Shown here piece after piece: positions 34,968 to 46,880 of a stretch of 64,000 nt of DNA (its first letter is position 1; the number at the start of each line of letters is the position of its first letter). A program made the position numbers and the translations under genes. The notes under the pieces were generated by a model. That model had not been told where the DNA came from and searched no databases. It worked only from the letters and a program-made list of their open reading frames with translations. This DNA comes from Minutocellus sp. GHC0000111 (lineage: Eukaryota): positions 310,001 to 374,000 of the forward strand of contig OZ361256.1 in the NCBI GenBank assembly GCA_977018835.1, written 5' to 3'.

Positions 34968-37900
34968 CTACTCCAACGCGCTGCTAAGAATCTCGGAAAG
35001 GTCATCACTGATGGGTTTCATTGCCGCCACTCTTTCCAACTCAGCCTTCATCAAGGCACCGCGGTCAGCATCGTAGCGTTTCCACTGGATGAGACTTGAT
35101 CCCATTCTAGAACTAATTTGAGGGTTCAGCTTGTCAAGCTCCATCAAGATATCACCAATAAATTTGTAGCCCTCTCCCGACGCAGCATGGAAGGCAGCTG
35201 AGTTCATTGTAAATGCCGAAATCAATGATCGGCAACGATTGGGGTTCGACAGGGTGAAATCAGGGTGTTTCGTCAGCTCCTTGACGCGATCCAACACATC
35301 CGGAAGGTCGGCCAGTGCTTGAACAGTGAACCACTTGTTCAACACAAGGGCATCGCCCTTGGCATCGTCAAAAAACTTTTGGATGGCCTTATCGCGAAGG
35401 ACGGCACCCTCGCCGTCCATCGAAGCAAGAGCAGAAAGGGCAGAATAGCGATCGGTCATTCCTGTGGCCTTCTCGAACTGACTCCAAGCAAGTTCAGACG
35501 CAGCCTTTTGCTCCTCGGGAGTTTCCTTGATGGAGCAAAGGTAGTCAAGCAAAACATTGCGGAGACGTCTTCGTCCGACCGATATGGCATCGACCTTGAA
35601 GTCGCCTCCTTCGGCCTCCATGGCTTCGGTGAGGGCGTCATACTTGGCCTTTATCTCGGCTTGGAACTTACGAGCGATGCCCTTCTTCACTGCACCTCGT
35701 GCCTTGTGGATGGCAATCGGATCTACAACATCAACTTCCTCTGCAAGAGTTGATTCGGAAGGCAGAGTCAACGCATAAGCCTGGATGGAGTAGTCGGTCG
35801 TCTCTTCGTCAGCGAGAGTGCGGCCAAACGCTTCATAGACGTAGTCCAGCGTCTTGTCAGAGACTTCATCGCGCATATTTTGGAAAATGGCATCGGTGTA
35901 GAGTACCTGTCCAGCCCCCCACTTGTTGAAACCATCGGTATCTCTAGCAGCGAGGAAGGCGAGGAACTCTTCATCATTTTCACCCGATTCGGAGACAAGC
36001 TTGACCGGAGCCGAAAAGTCCCGAAGAATGGATGGGACTACGTCTCCCTTGAGGCCCGGGAACTCAAAGGTCTGCTTTTCTTCCTTAAGCTCGAGTACCT
36101 TTGTCGGGACGACCTCCTCTCCGGTGCTCTTGTCGAGCAATCCAACCGATACTGGAATATGCAGGGGCTTATCGCTCTTGCTACTCTGGGACAGAGTCAA
36201 CGAAAACGTACCCGTAGTCTCGTCGTACGAGTGAGAGAAGGTCACAGTCGGTGTCCCTGGGGTAGAATACCACAAACCAAATTGATCCAAGTCAACACCG
36301 TTGGCATCTGCCATTGCCGCCCTGAAATCATCACAAGTGACGCCGGTGCCATCGTGCCTTTCGAAATACAAATCCATTCCCTTGCGGAAACCATCAGCAC
36401 CGAGGAGAGTGTTGTACATGCGCACTATTTCGGCACCTTTCGAATAGACAGTCGCTGTGTAGAAGTTATCCATGCTGACGTATTTCTCCGGTCTAACGGG
36501 ATGGCTCATCGGGCCTGCATCTTCATTGAACTGACGACCTCGCAAACCTCGCACATCCTCGATCCGCTTCACAGCATTCGAGCCCATATCGCCCGAAAAT
36601 TCCTGATCTCTGAAGACAGTGAGGCCTTCCTTAAGCGTAAGCTGGAACCAATCTCTGCAAGTAACGCGATTGCCAGTCCAGTTGTGGAAATACTCGTGGC
36701 CGATGACGCCTTCGACGCGCTCATAGTCAACATCAGAAGCAGTTTCCTGATCGGCCAGCACATACGCCGTGTTGAAAACATTGAGGCCCTTGTTTTCCAT
36801 TGCGCCCATGTTGAAGTACGACTTGTTAAAATTAGGCAGAAGGCAAGGGGGTGAACTAAGATGGTGAAAAACAAATAGCATGCATGGTATATCCCTCTCA
36901 CTCTGGCCAATAAAATCTCATCTGAAACTCACAACTGCTACCACATTGTATAGGTCGAGGTCATACTCCAAACCGAACTTGTCCTCATCCCACTTCATCG
37001 ACCGCTTGAGAGAGTCCATGGCATAGTCAAGCTTCCCAACATTGTCGTGTTCAGAGAAGATTTCGAGATGGACCTCCCGTCCAGACGTGGTGGTATAAGT
37101 GTCAGAGATGGAACCCAGATTGCCCGCCACGACGCAGAAGAGATAAGAAGGCTTGGGGAAAGGATCGGACCAAATCGAATAATGCCGCCCATTTTCGGCC
37201 TTGCCTTCCCCAATCTTGTTGCCGTTGGAAAGAAGAACAGGGTAGGAGCCCTCATCTGCCTCGATACGGACACTCTCAAAAACAGCCATGTTGTCTGGCC
37301 GATCGGGGTCTGTTGTGTTGTTCAAATCAAGCAAAAAAGAAAAAGAAATAGTGTTAGATCAATATCATTTTGAGCCAAAAGAGATACAGTAAATCCCAAC
37401 ACAAAAATACCCATATATGAATGCAACTTACAGTACGTAATGCGACGGAATCCAGTAGCCTCGCACTGGGAGCAGTACATGGGGCCACTCTTGTAAAGTC
37501 CCGAAAGTTGTGTGTTGTCCTCGGGAATAATCTTCACCGTCGTTGTAAGGACAGCACCGGGCTTCAGAGCAGAATCCTTGATGGTGAGCGTTCCTGGTGC
37601 CAACACATAGTCGGTGCCCTCCTCCAAATCCTTGCCATCAATGGACAGGCTGAGAAGACTGACGGACGTTTCATCTCCATCCAACACAAGATCGGACGAT
37701 TCTCCCTCCTGGGCAGTGAACTTGGGGTTGGGTTCGATGGTGAGCTGGGAAGTGACGGTCGTCTCCCCGTCGTGGATGTTGAAGTCCATGCTAATCTTGG
37801 TCACCTGGTGGGGCAGGGGGCGGTAATCCTTGCGATACTTGGCCACGGGCTCGGCCTTTTCGGTCTCTTCGGTGACGGCCGAGTTGAGAGCTGTCGACGA

Positions 37901-38233
37901 TGACGACGAGGCAGCGGTAGAGCCACCTCGCGAGTACAGAGCCGAGTGGGTGGCGCCGAGCAGAGTCTGGGAGATACGCATCGACGTGGGACATGTGGAG
38001 GGGTTGGCCATGGCAAATGGTGAGGACGAGCCAAGGCCACTGGCGGCGAGCGGCGAAGATCCAGATCCAGTCAGAGACGCAGCCGAGGCGGCAGCGGCCA
38101 TGATCAGCGATCGGCGAGTGCTGGCAATGTTGGCATGACGAGCGGCGGCGCGGACGCCGATGGGAGCCAATCCACCGAAGGCAGCACCGCGGGAGGCCCC
38201 GACGAGGAAGAAGGCGGCGGTAGAGAGACGCAT
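34968..38233 (-). CDS. pepN: M1 aminopeptidase N (PepN type), probably plastid-targeted; introns 37310-37431 and 36822-36932
   Basis: Leader ending GAAF. Motifs [38 protein letters not shown] and HEYFH...LKEG. Confidence 0.95.
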
Positions 38234-38661
38234 GCTGGGGGCTGTGGTAGTAACGATCAATACAAAGTTGGTCCAGCGGCTCAATACAAAGATCAGCCAA
38301 GCTGAGCTGGAGCGGGGCCGATGACGATCGATCCCAAATCACGGGACCACAGATTGAAAGACGTTTGCGGGATCAAAATGATCTGACACAAGTTGTGCCG
38401 CTCAAAAAGCTCGCGGGCGCTCTCCTGCCTGCCGATGCCGGTCGGTCATGGCGAGGGCATGAGGCAAGCCAAGGGGTGCGCGCTGACTATCGCCGGTTAT
38501 TACACGAATAAACCATTCGAATACCGGGATAGCTGGCCATCGGAGTGCTCCAAAGCTCATTTCACTAAAAATTGCTCTTTAGTCTTGTGGGACCATTGAA
38601 TCTCAGTATCGGCTGCTTCATTGCCTCACATCTTTCCCAATCTCTACTTTGCTGGAAGAAC

Positions 38662-40537
38662 ATGAACGTGGAGGAGGCAAAGAAAAAAAAACGTGGAGTC
38701 CGAGTCTACCTCTGCCGCCACCACGGCATCGACGATGGGCTATTGCGAGCCATCGGCGCCTCCTCCGAGCTGTCGCAAATTGCCCACTGATGATGACGAC
38801 GACGACGCCATGACCGTGGGAACCAGTAATACATCAAGTGGTGCCAGCGTTAGGAGTGATGGGCTCATTGCAGCCTGCATTGGAGATGAGGAAGAAGAGG
38901 ATGAGCTCGATATCACAGCCATTGCTGCCAGACAATATCGCAGAAAAGAACAACATAACCAGCGCCGCCATCATATTAGCCGGGACGAGCGTTTCCAAAG
39001 CAATGGCGAAAGTGAAGATGACAGCCTTGCCTCGGAGGAGGGATGGATGAGACAGCCCATCGGTGGTCCCCGAGGAGAGAACATACCAGCATCGTTCGTT
39101 GCACCTCCCAAAAAGATTGCATCGCAAGCATCGGCGCCTCTTCCTGCAGCCTCCTCCTCGTCCACATTTATGCGTTCGCCACCGGTCGAAGCCATCGAAA
39201 CGATACTTCACTCCGATGATCACTCCGTAGAAACACGGTCGGTCAGCTCGAACACGGACAATGCAAGTGGAGAAGAGGAAGCAGCCACTCCACTCGAATT
39301 TGCTCCTCGGCAACAGTCCAAGGTTCGCCAATCGATACATCAGTACGCTGAACGCATTTTCGGTGATAAGCGTCCCAACGAGGTAGGGGCTGAAATCAAC
39401 CCTGAAGATTATTCCACCCGAGCCTTGCTCCCCAACGAAGTCTTCTTCAATGGACATACCAAGCTATGGGTGGTTACGTTGCACACGGATCAGAAATCAC
39501 TGGACCGTGGTGACAGTGCCACTGCCGTCAAGTCGATGCAGGCGTATTCCTTCCGCACCGAGGCCAAGGCGCGAGAAGCCGTCCTGGCAATGGCCACACC
39601 GCGGATGAAGGACTTTGGTGACCATCCCAGCTGCTTTGATTGCGGCGGAAAGTTTGCCTTCTTCCGGCGCGCGTGCCATTGTCGTAATTGTGGAGTTTGC
39701 ATCTGCAAGATTGATTGCAGTGTGCAGTGGCCTCGCCAATCCATGCCTCACACTTACAACACGAAGGACGAAAACGTTATGAACATTTGTAGATCCTGCC
39801 ACCAACTATCCAATTTGTTCCGAGACGCATTGCTTTCAGGAGATGAGAAAAGGGTTCTGGAACTGTATGAAACAGGAAATATCAATCTTCGCTCTCCATT
39901 TGCTCATGTGAAAGGTGAAGTGTTATACCCTATCCATTGCGCTATTTTGGGGGGTAATCTCAAGCTGATCAAGTGGTTGGTAGATATCAAATGCGTACCT
40001 CTTCACAAATCGAGTAAGAAATCGAGGCGAAAGGGACCACGTGATGGAACGTTGACTACCAGCAAGGGAAAGACGATCCTCGAGCTGGCGGTCATCAGTA
40101 ACAATATTGACGTCGTGCGATATCTCGTTTGTGACAAGAATGTATCCATCCTTTCCTACAGGGACCTTAGCAGTGCCCTGATCACGCTCGAATCGGCGTT
40201 GAAGAGGATCACATTCCTTTCGAATGGCAATGGTGATTTAGAAAGTGGTGATGGTATGGTAGACGCAGAAAGTCAAGACGATTGCATTGTCTCCGAAGAA
40301 GCTCGGGGCGGGAACGCGAAAGAGAACGAAGATAATTTTGTAGAGATGGAAGGAAAGGTGCTTTCTGACTCGACGCGATCCGAGGATGATGCGTGTATTA
40401 TCTGCTGCAACAATCCCATCGATTGCGTTACGATTCCTTGTGGCCACAGCCTTTGCTGCCTAAAATGTGCCGCCGAACTCACCGATTGTCCGCTATGCTG
40501 CACCAAGAGCACGTTCCTTCGGACATTCAAACCGTAG
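38662..40537 (+). CDS. FYVE-like zinc finger + ankyrin repeats + C-terminal RING protein (start uncertain; A-run indel near 38690)
   Basis: FYVE-like CFDCGGKFAFFRRACHCRNCGVCIC..C. Ankyrin-like PIHCAILGGNLKLIKWLV. RING CIICC..PCGH.LCCLKC..CPLC. Confidence 0.85.
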
Positions 40538-40584
40538 ATGATCAATGTAAAGCTACCAAAATGTGTTCAATTTAAATGAAAAAA

Positions 40585-42096
40585 TTAATCCAACCTAACC
40601 TTTGTCTTTCCGAATCTCCAAGTTTTTGCTGTGTGGCCTGATCTCGTTGATGCCATATCAGTAAGATCATCGCCCTTTCCTTGTACCTTTGAGAGGCGGT
40701 GGTAGGCACTCGCATCTGAGTCGGCGGCAAACATCCAGGCTAAGCTAGCAATGGAACAACTTTGGGCAAAGGCAACAAACGTCGATAAAAATGGCAAAGA
40801 AATAAACCAACTAATACCGACGATGGCAAACTTGGTCAAGAACGGCAGCAATGACGCAGGGCAGCGGCCTCCATTACGAATAGACGCGACGCCAGCAAGG
40901 AATGCCAATCCAAGAGATATCCTGAAATACATCAATGCGCGTCCAGGAGGATTCTCCAGAGAATGATAGACATCAAAGTCCTCGTCGTATGTGCGCCCCC
41001 ACTGCGCTAAACTTGCATGAGCCACAATAATACCAATGGCAAGCATCCCAGCAGGACCTCCTGTAAGTGCAGAAGCTGGATTTCTCAAGCCACAGACAAG
41101 ATTGTTCAAAAAGCCACTGCTGCTAGATGCACCTCCCGAGGAGAGAACATCCGATGGCAATGTCCAACCAGATCCCACCGAGAGCAGAACGAGAGCCACC
41201 AAGCTATCACTCATAGCTTCAAAGTGCGTCGAAAGAGCATCCAAGCTATAGGATCCGATCCCATTGTTTTCGTAAATCGCTAAATGAGACAATTCAAATA
41301 CCGAAGAAAAGCCATCGCAGAGTGCAGTAATTGCCATGATCAACAAAGCTGCATGGACCGACCCCCCTGTCTGAATAGACGTGAATATCTTGTATCCGAT
41401 CAAAAGAAAGAGAGCGAAAGAGACCAAAGCCGTGATGAAATGAAGCCGACTCATTCCATTTTCATCAGCAGGTGTATGTCTATACTCCGCCTTGTCTTTG
41501 AATACGTCTTGATTCACTTGAGTCCCCGAAACCTCGTCCAAGATCGTCAGAGTATACTCCATTTGCGGTGCCTGATTATCGTGCAGGTAAACTTCCAGCG
41601 AACAATCGTCCAACGTGAGGTACCAATATTGAGGCCGGTCTGTGCTGTAACCAGGGATCGACGTCTTCACTCGCGCTTCCCAAAGTCCGCGTTCCTTGCT
41701 CTTGCTCTTCTTGTGGCGATCGAGCTTCTCCTTGCTCAGATTGTTGTTCAGCTCGAAGGATATCGGAACCGCCTTCTTCGCCAATCGTACCTTCTCGGCG
41801 CACGTCGGAGCCTTCTTGACACGCGGCCAGTCGGAATCGTGGTACATGTGCATGCGTAGCCCCGTCTCGTCGACGTACATGTCCTTTGAATGCAGTTCCA
41901 ACACAACCTTGCCCTGTGCAAACGGACTCAGGGCAAACTTGGAAAGGGTGTTCTCCGTCTTTTCGCCGGTCAAATGTGCCGATCCCTCCTTGACCTTTTC
42001 TTCGCTGCATGCTGCCAAAAGGAGGAGAACGACGAGGAGGGCATAACAGGAAATGCCAACGTGGCGAGGGCGAAGAAGCCGTGGTGCAACCATCAT
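40585..42096 (-). CDS. GPR180/TMEM145-like (intimal thickness related receptor) 7TM protein
   Basis: Signal peptide, lumenal domain with RPQYWY...DC, then H.PADE.G, HLAIYENNGIG and GSGWTL, and about 7 hydrophobic helices. Confidence 0.8.
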   Translation of the reverse strand: MMVAPRLLRPRHVGISCYALLVVLLLLAACSEEKVKEGSAHLTGEKTENTLSKFALSPFAQGKVVLELHSKDMYVDETGLRMHMYHDSDWPRVKKAPTCAEKVRLAKKAVPISFELNNNLSKEKLDRHKKSKSKERGLWEARVKTSIPGYSTDRPQYWYLTLDDCSLEVYLHDNQAPQMEYTLTILDEVSGTQVNQDVFKDKAEYRHTPADENGMSRLHFITALVSFALFLLIGYKIFTSIQTGGSVHAALLIMAITALCDGFSSVFELSHLAIYENNGIGSYSLDALSTHFEAMSDSLVALVLLSVGSGWTLPSDVLSSGGASSSSGFLNNLVCGLRNPASALTGGPAGMLAIGIIVAHASLAQWGRTYDEDFDVYHSLENPPGRALMYFRISLGLAFLAGVASIRNGGRCPASLLPFLTKFAIVGISWFISLPFLSTFVAFAQSCSIASLAWMFAADSDASAYHRLSKVQGKGDDLTDMASTRSGHTAKTWRFGKTKVRLD

Positions 42097-42134
42097 CCCG
42101 ATCGGCAGCACTTCCAAACAATAGTATGGATGTA

Positions 42135-44292
42135 CGAAGTCCGTTTCGCGAGAAATCGAGCGCAGGGTCGGGACCAAAACAGCGACTTTTTGGGCCCGCA
42201 ACAGCCTGAATCTAATTTTCCCATCTATCCGAACCATGCCATTTTCAGTCGGCCTGAAATCCTTTCGCACCCCAACATGAATGCCTTCACCGTTTCCAAG
42301 AAAATCATTGTTGCCTTTTGCAACGATTACCTTCTTTGCAATTCTATGAGCCTGGATGTATGCCGATGCGATCTTCCAGTTTTCCAGCCCCATCCAAACT
42401 TCCTCCGCTGCATCCCAAGTCTGATCCTCTGTCAAAACCTTCAGCCCCTCCCGACCGCGGCACAACATTGTATGCTGCTTTGACATGCAAGGGAAAACGG
42501 ACAGATCAAGAACATTCATATGGGGCATTTGCGGGGCCTGAGGTTCCCAACGCCATCCCTTGTCCCGACAGTATCCTTCCACATGTTCCACAAATTCAGT
42601 CTCGGCATGGGGCCCAGCATTGTCGCCCTGGAAAATAGGGACATAGCCTTCAAACTTTCCGCCAGGTCCGACCAAAGCCTCAACATCCGGAAATATCTTG
42701 TTCTCAAACAAAGCTTTCAGTGGGAACTTGGGATTATCAAGGGTGCCATGGCTGCATCCAGTCACCGCGCAATCCACAAGGTATAGATCGTCTTTCTTCC
42801 GAACCACCGGGCCGCAATATATTTGATTCTACCATCTGCCTGCCGCACCGCCTCCCTTACCATCTGCCTCGCAATTTTATGCGCCTGAGCCCGAAAAAGT
42901 CCAAGCTTGAACGCAATGCCGCCATTCTCAATGCTGTCAATAAAAGCCAAGGCAGTGACAGCCACCACCATGCACCTGTTGATGTGATTTCGGTGATATG
43001 CCGAGAAGGACCGAGGATCAACACCCAATTCTGCAACTTGCTTGGCATACGATCGAAGAACCAAGCCCCAAAACCACTTCTCATCGAACATAACAAGGAG
43101 AAACTTGCCACCGCCGAGCCCCCAATTGCTTCGGAATTTCCGCGCAAATGCCAAAAATGTTTCTTCATCTGATGTGTAGTAAGGAGAGGGATGATCCTTT
43201 CGGCATAGTACCGGAACCCTTCCCGCGACATTATCCACCGCCGTATTGCCGAGTAGGAACACCAAAAGTTGACATCCACCTCCAGCTCCCGCCAAGATTC
43301 CCGAGGATTTCGTATCAGAGCATCATCAACAATAACATGTCGAATGTATGGCTGCATAGCCAGATGAGATCTCCTCTTCATCTCCCACATCGCCTTCTCA
43401 GATGCAGGTAGAGCACCATACGCCTTCATCCATCCCGAAAATCGTGCACCATGCTCTGCGCTGGACAGCACCGAATAGTCCACCTTTGCCTGCTCCCTGC
43501 ACTTGGCAATTGCAAAGAGACATGGTGCAGTATACCGCCGGGTCGCCGTTGCAAGATCGTCGATGACAGAACGGAAGGCGGCCGAATCAGATGAATCATC
43601 GGCACTCGTTGGGAAGCAGTATACCGGTCCAAGTATGCCGATCGCGTCATCGAAATGCTCAGCTTCGACTTCCGCCCGAGACACAAATGGATAGAACACA
43701 TGCTCACCGCTCTGTCTTGGCCATCATCATTGACCAGGAGAAAACTCTCAAGATTGACGGGCCCGAGGATTTTGAGAAGCACATGCTCCTCAATGTCGTC
43801 AGTCGACTCGTCTGCCGGGCGATAAGGGCCGAGAACATGCCCCTCGACATGGATGATGTCGTGGCAATAACTGAATCGGTGTACACGACAAGGCCGCGGA
43901 GATGTTCCACTCCTCCTCAGTTACCTTCATCTACAAGTTCAACGGCGTGAAGCGGGAGCTAAAGAAGCTCAAGCTCATCCCGGATTGGCTGTGGTGCGAG
44001 ATCCGGGACGAATGCATCGTACTGCCGATCCGAGGCGAGTATCATGCCATCGTTCAAGATGAAGACGAGATGGAGGCCGAACCGTCGCGTCGCACGAACG
44101 CGTCCATTTGATTAGAGCCGCTGAAATCTAAAGTCTTATCCGAATTATTGTTTCACATGAAGATAAATCAAAATTAGAGTAAAAATAGCCATTTTCTTAA
44201 ATATTTCAGCATGACTATTCTTCGAGGCGCTTTTCAATCCCCTCGAAAGCAGTCAAAAACCGGGCGCTCGATTTCTCGCGAATCTGACCTCG
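42135..44292 (-). mobile_element. Tc1/mariner transposon, copy C (2158 bp, ~160-bp deletion removing the transposase stop codon)
   Basis: TA at 42133-34 and 44293-94. Same TIRs as copy B, and near-identical internal sequence to copies A and B. Confidence 0.95.
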
Positions 44293-44550
44293 TATCCAAC
44301 GCATGAACAGATTAACAGCGCCAAGAACAAAAAGCCGTAACACGTACGTACGTCGAGTCGAGTGAGTCGAGTCGAGTCACTTGTTGGGCGGGGGGCTGGG
44401 GGGGAAGCATGTTGTTCCTGACGGAGAGTAAAAGGTCGATTCATTTACGTGTATGGTTTTCTTCTTGTCTCCATCGAGCCCTATGAGGAGATACCTGTCC
44501 TTGATGTCTCCTTTATCCTTTGTATATAGACTGTTTGAAAAGAATTGTAA

Positions 44551-45845
44551 TCAATCATATTCACTGAAAAAATCATTGACCAATTGCCCATAAGATCGTC
44601 CATTCTCCAGAAGTCCGTGATGGGCGCAGCCTTCGACCACCTTTTCCCGAACAAACTTGTGGTTGAAGCAGTTCTTCCATCCTTCTACACATGCATGGTC
44701 GACAAAGTCATATTCACCACGCATAATCATGGCCGATGGCATCCGAGAAGCGCTATCGGATGGAGGCTTGGCCTCGTAATTTGGTATCGCTGCAGTGCCC
44801 CGCCATACTGTTCCCGCATGAGCGTACGCATCGACCAACGGTTGAGGCATCGGCTCTAAACGACACTGATGAGCCAAACGGAAGCGATCACCGAGCGTCT
44901 CTTCGTCGTCATCTTCATCTTTTAGCTTGTCAAGCAAGGCCTCGGCCGATGCCTCCACAAGCTCCACAGATGTTGGCGTCGAGGAAAATATCACCGAAAG
45001 GCATCCCTCGTCGTCATCAGCCGCACTGCCATCATCTTTGCTCTTTCGTTCGGCAACACGTTTAAGATATTCAAATGCAAGAATTCCACCGTATGATTGT
45101 CCGTAGATGTGAAATCTGCGCAATCCGAGCTTTTTGATAACCGCTTCCAAGTCGTCAATTGCCGCATCGATGGAATATCTGCATCGTCGAGGCCGAAATT
45201 GTTGCATACATGTAATTGAATAGAAAATTTTATTAGAAAGAATATAGCCACGTTTGGCAAAGGAGGGCAGCAAACATACACGCACGCATTCATCTTTCTT
45301 GAAGTGCACTCACGCATTGATATCCTTTGGTTGAGAGCTTCGCCCACAACCCAATTGATCGTAAAAAATCATGCATCTGTACGGCACAAAGTCGACCAAA
45401 GGATACAAGTAGTCTGATGGGACGGAGGGTCCACCATGCAAGACAAGCACCGCTGCTGCCTGGCGTGAAGACATTGACATTGGTCGGAACACCCGGGTGG
45501 CGATGGAATAGGTTTCTGTGGTTGGCTTATCATCTTCATCGTCATCGCCGCCACTCTCATCCTTGCGAGTGGATGGCACAAACGTCCGCTTGACCTCCAC
45601 TGTTCCATCATTCACGGCGACAGATTGCATCAGAAAGGGCATAGCACCACCAGGACCCGCCCCAAATGCAAGACCAGCCTGCATCCTTCGCCTTTGCTCC
45701 GCTCGAGCGAGGGAGATGGCGGGGTGCTTCGTTGGGCAGATGAACGCGGCATGGCTGGTCGGGAGAAGGGGCATGGTCGACTCGACTGCAAAGATGCACG
45801 AGAACAGAACGGCAAGGGAAAAGTTAAGAGAAATTCGTTTCATCT
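44551..45845 (-). CDS. Proline iminopeptidase-like alpha/beta hydrolase (one intron, ~45179-45313)
   Basis: Signal-like N-terminus, LHGGPS, FYDQLGCGRS, GQSYGG nucleophile elbow, GEYD and C-terminal His. Confidence 0.85.
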
Positions 45846-45969
45846 GGTGATGGATTCCGCCAAGAATACAGGAGATACACAATAGACTTGGCTTTGCGAT
45901 GGCGTCTCGTATCGTCTGGGTACTAGGCCTCTAGATCTACAACTCGTAGTGTACATCCGCCGATTGGTT

Positions 45970-46772
45970 TTTGAAAAGACATTGTCTTTTCAAAAAGACA
46001 AAAAAAGACACTCTCTTTTTTCTACCAAGCGTTGAAAACCACACAAAACCGCCGGCACAGCGAGAAAGAGCGTCTTCGAAAACATAATTGGTATAAAACT
46101 CAGGAATTTATTCCATTATCAAGTACTTGCCCTTGGGGCCGGAAAAACACACATGTTCTCCTCCCACGCCGTTGCTTTCCCCCTTCATCATTGCGGCACT
46201 CTCCAACCGCATTGCGTCAATTGCAAAGCCACCAACTCTTGCATACACATACAGAGGGTCGTCTCAGTGATTGGTGGGGCAATTTGTGTTCTTTTCGGTA
46301 TCCAACACATCATGTAACTGCCAAAACTTTGGGCCTTTTCCCTGTGGAACCACGCGAATTGAATGGATGAATTGAAAGGCATTGCAGCCCAAACCAAACA
46401 CATGCACGTGACAACAATCAACCATAGTGATAAAGAGGCGGCCCAATGCGTTTGCAATGCAGTGGCTCTTTGTTTTCATCTTGTTTTCTACTCAGGAGCA
46501 CCAGCGCATCTTTCTGACAAACGAGGATGCTCAAGAAAGGAGCATCCGTCGTCTGAAACTCGGAATGGTCGACGAAGATCACCCATAATATAAAGAGCAA
46601 TGAAATGTCGTTAGAATACATGCGACAGCTGCCATGAAGGATACATCGCCCCTTGCCTGATTCCCATGGTTTCGCTTGCTTTTCCGTCGTAAAATTGGGT
46701 TATGAGCTCAAAATAATAGGTTATGAGGTGTCTTTTCGAAAAGACAAAAGTTGTCTTTTCGAAAAGAGACAA
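45970..46772. repeat. Non-coding segment bounded by clusters of TGTCTTTTCGAAAAGACA-type palindromes (possible non-autonomous TE remnant)
   Basis: Left end tgaaaagacattgtcttttcaaaaagaca (~45972-46000). Right end tgtcttttcgaaaagacaaaagttgtcttttcgaaaagagaca (~46729-46771). Confidence 0.5.
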
Positions 46773-46880
46773 ATGTAAAGCCTCATCTTGAGGCACACAG
46801 GGAATGCCGGTCACTCGGCGAGGTTGCTTTCAGCTTCGCCGCGCTCGAAAACCAACCAATCATTCATAAACTCGAGAGCA

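Noticed and set aside
45970..46772. Palindromic repeats as a CRISPR array
   Set aside because: There is no regular repeat-spacer periodicity and no cas genes, and the context is eukaryotic.
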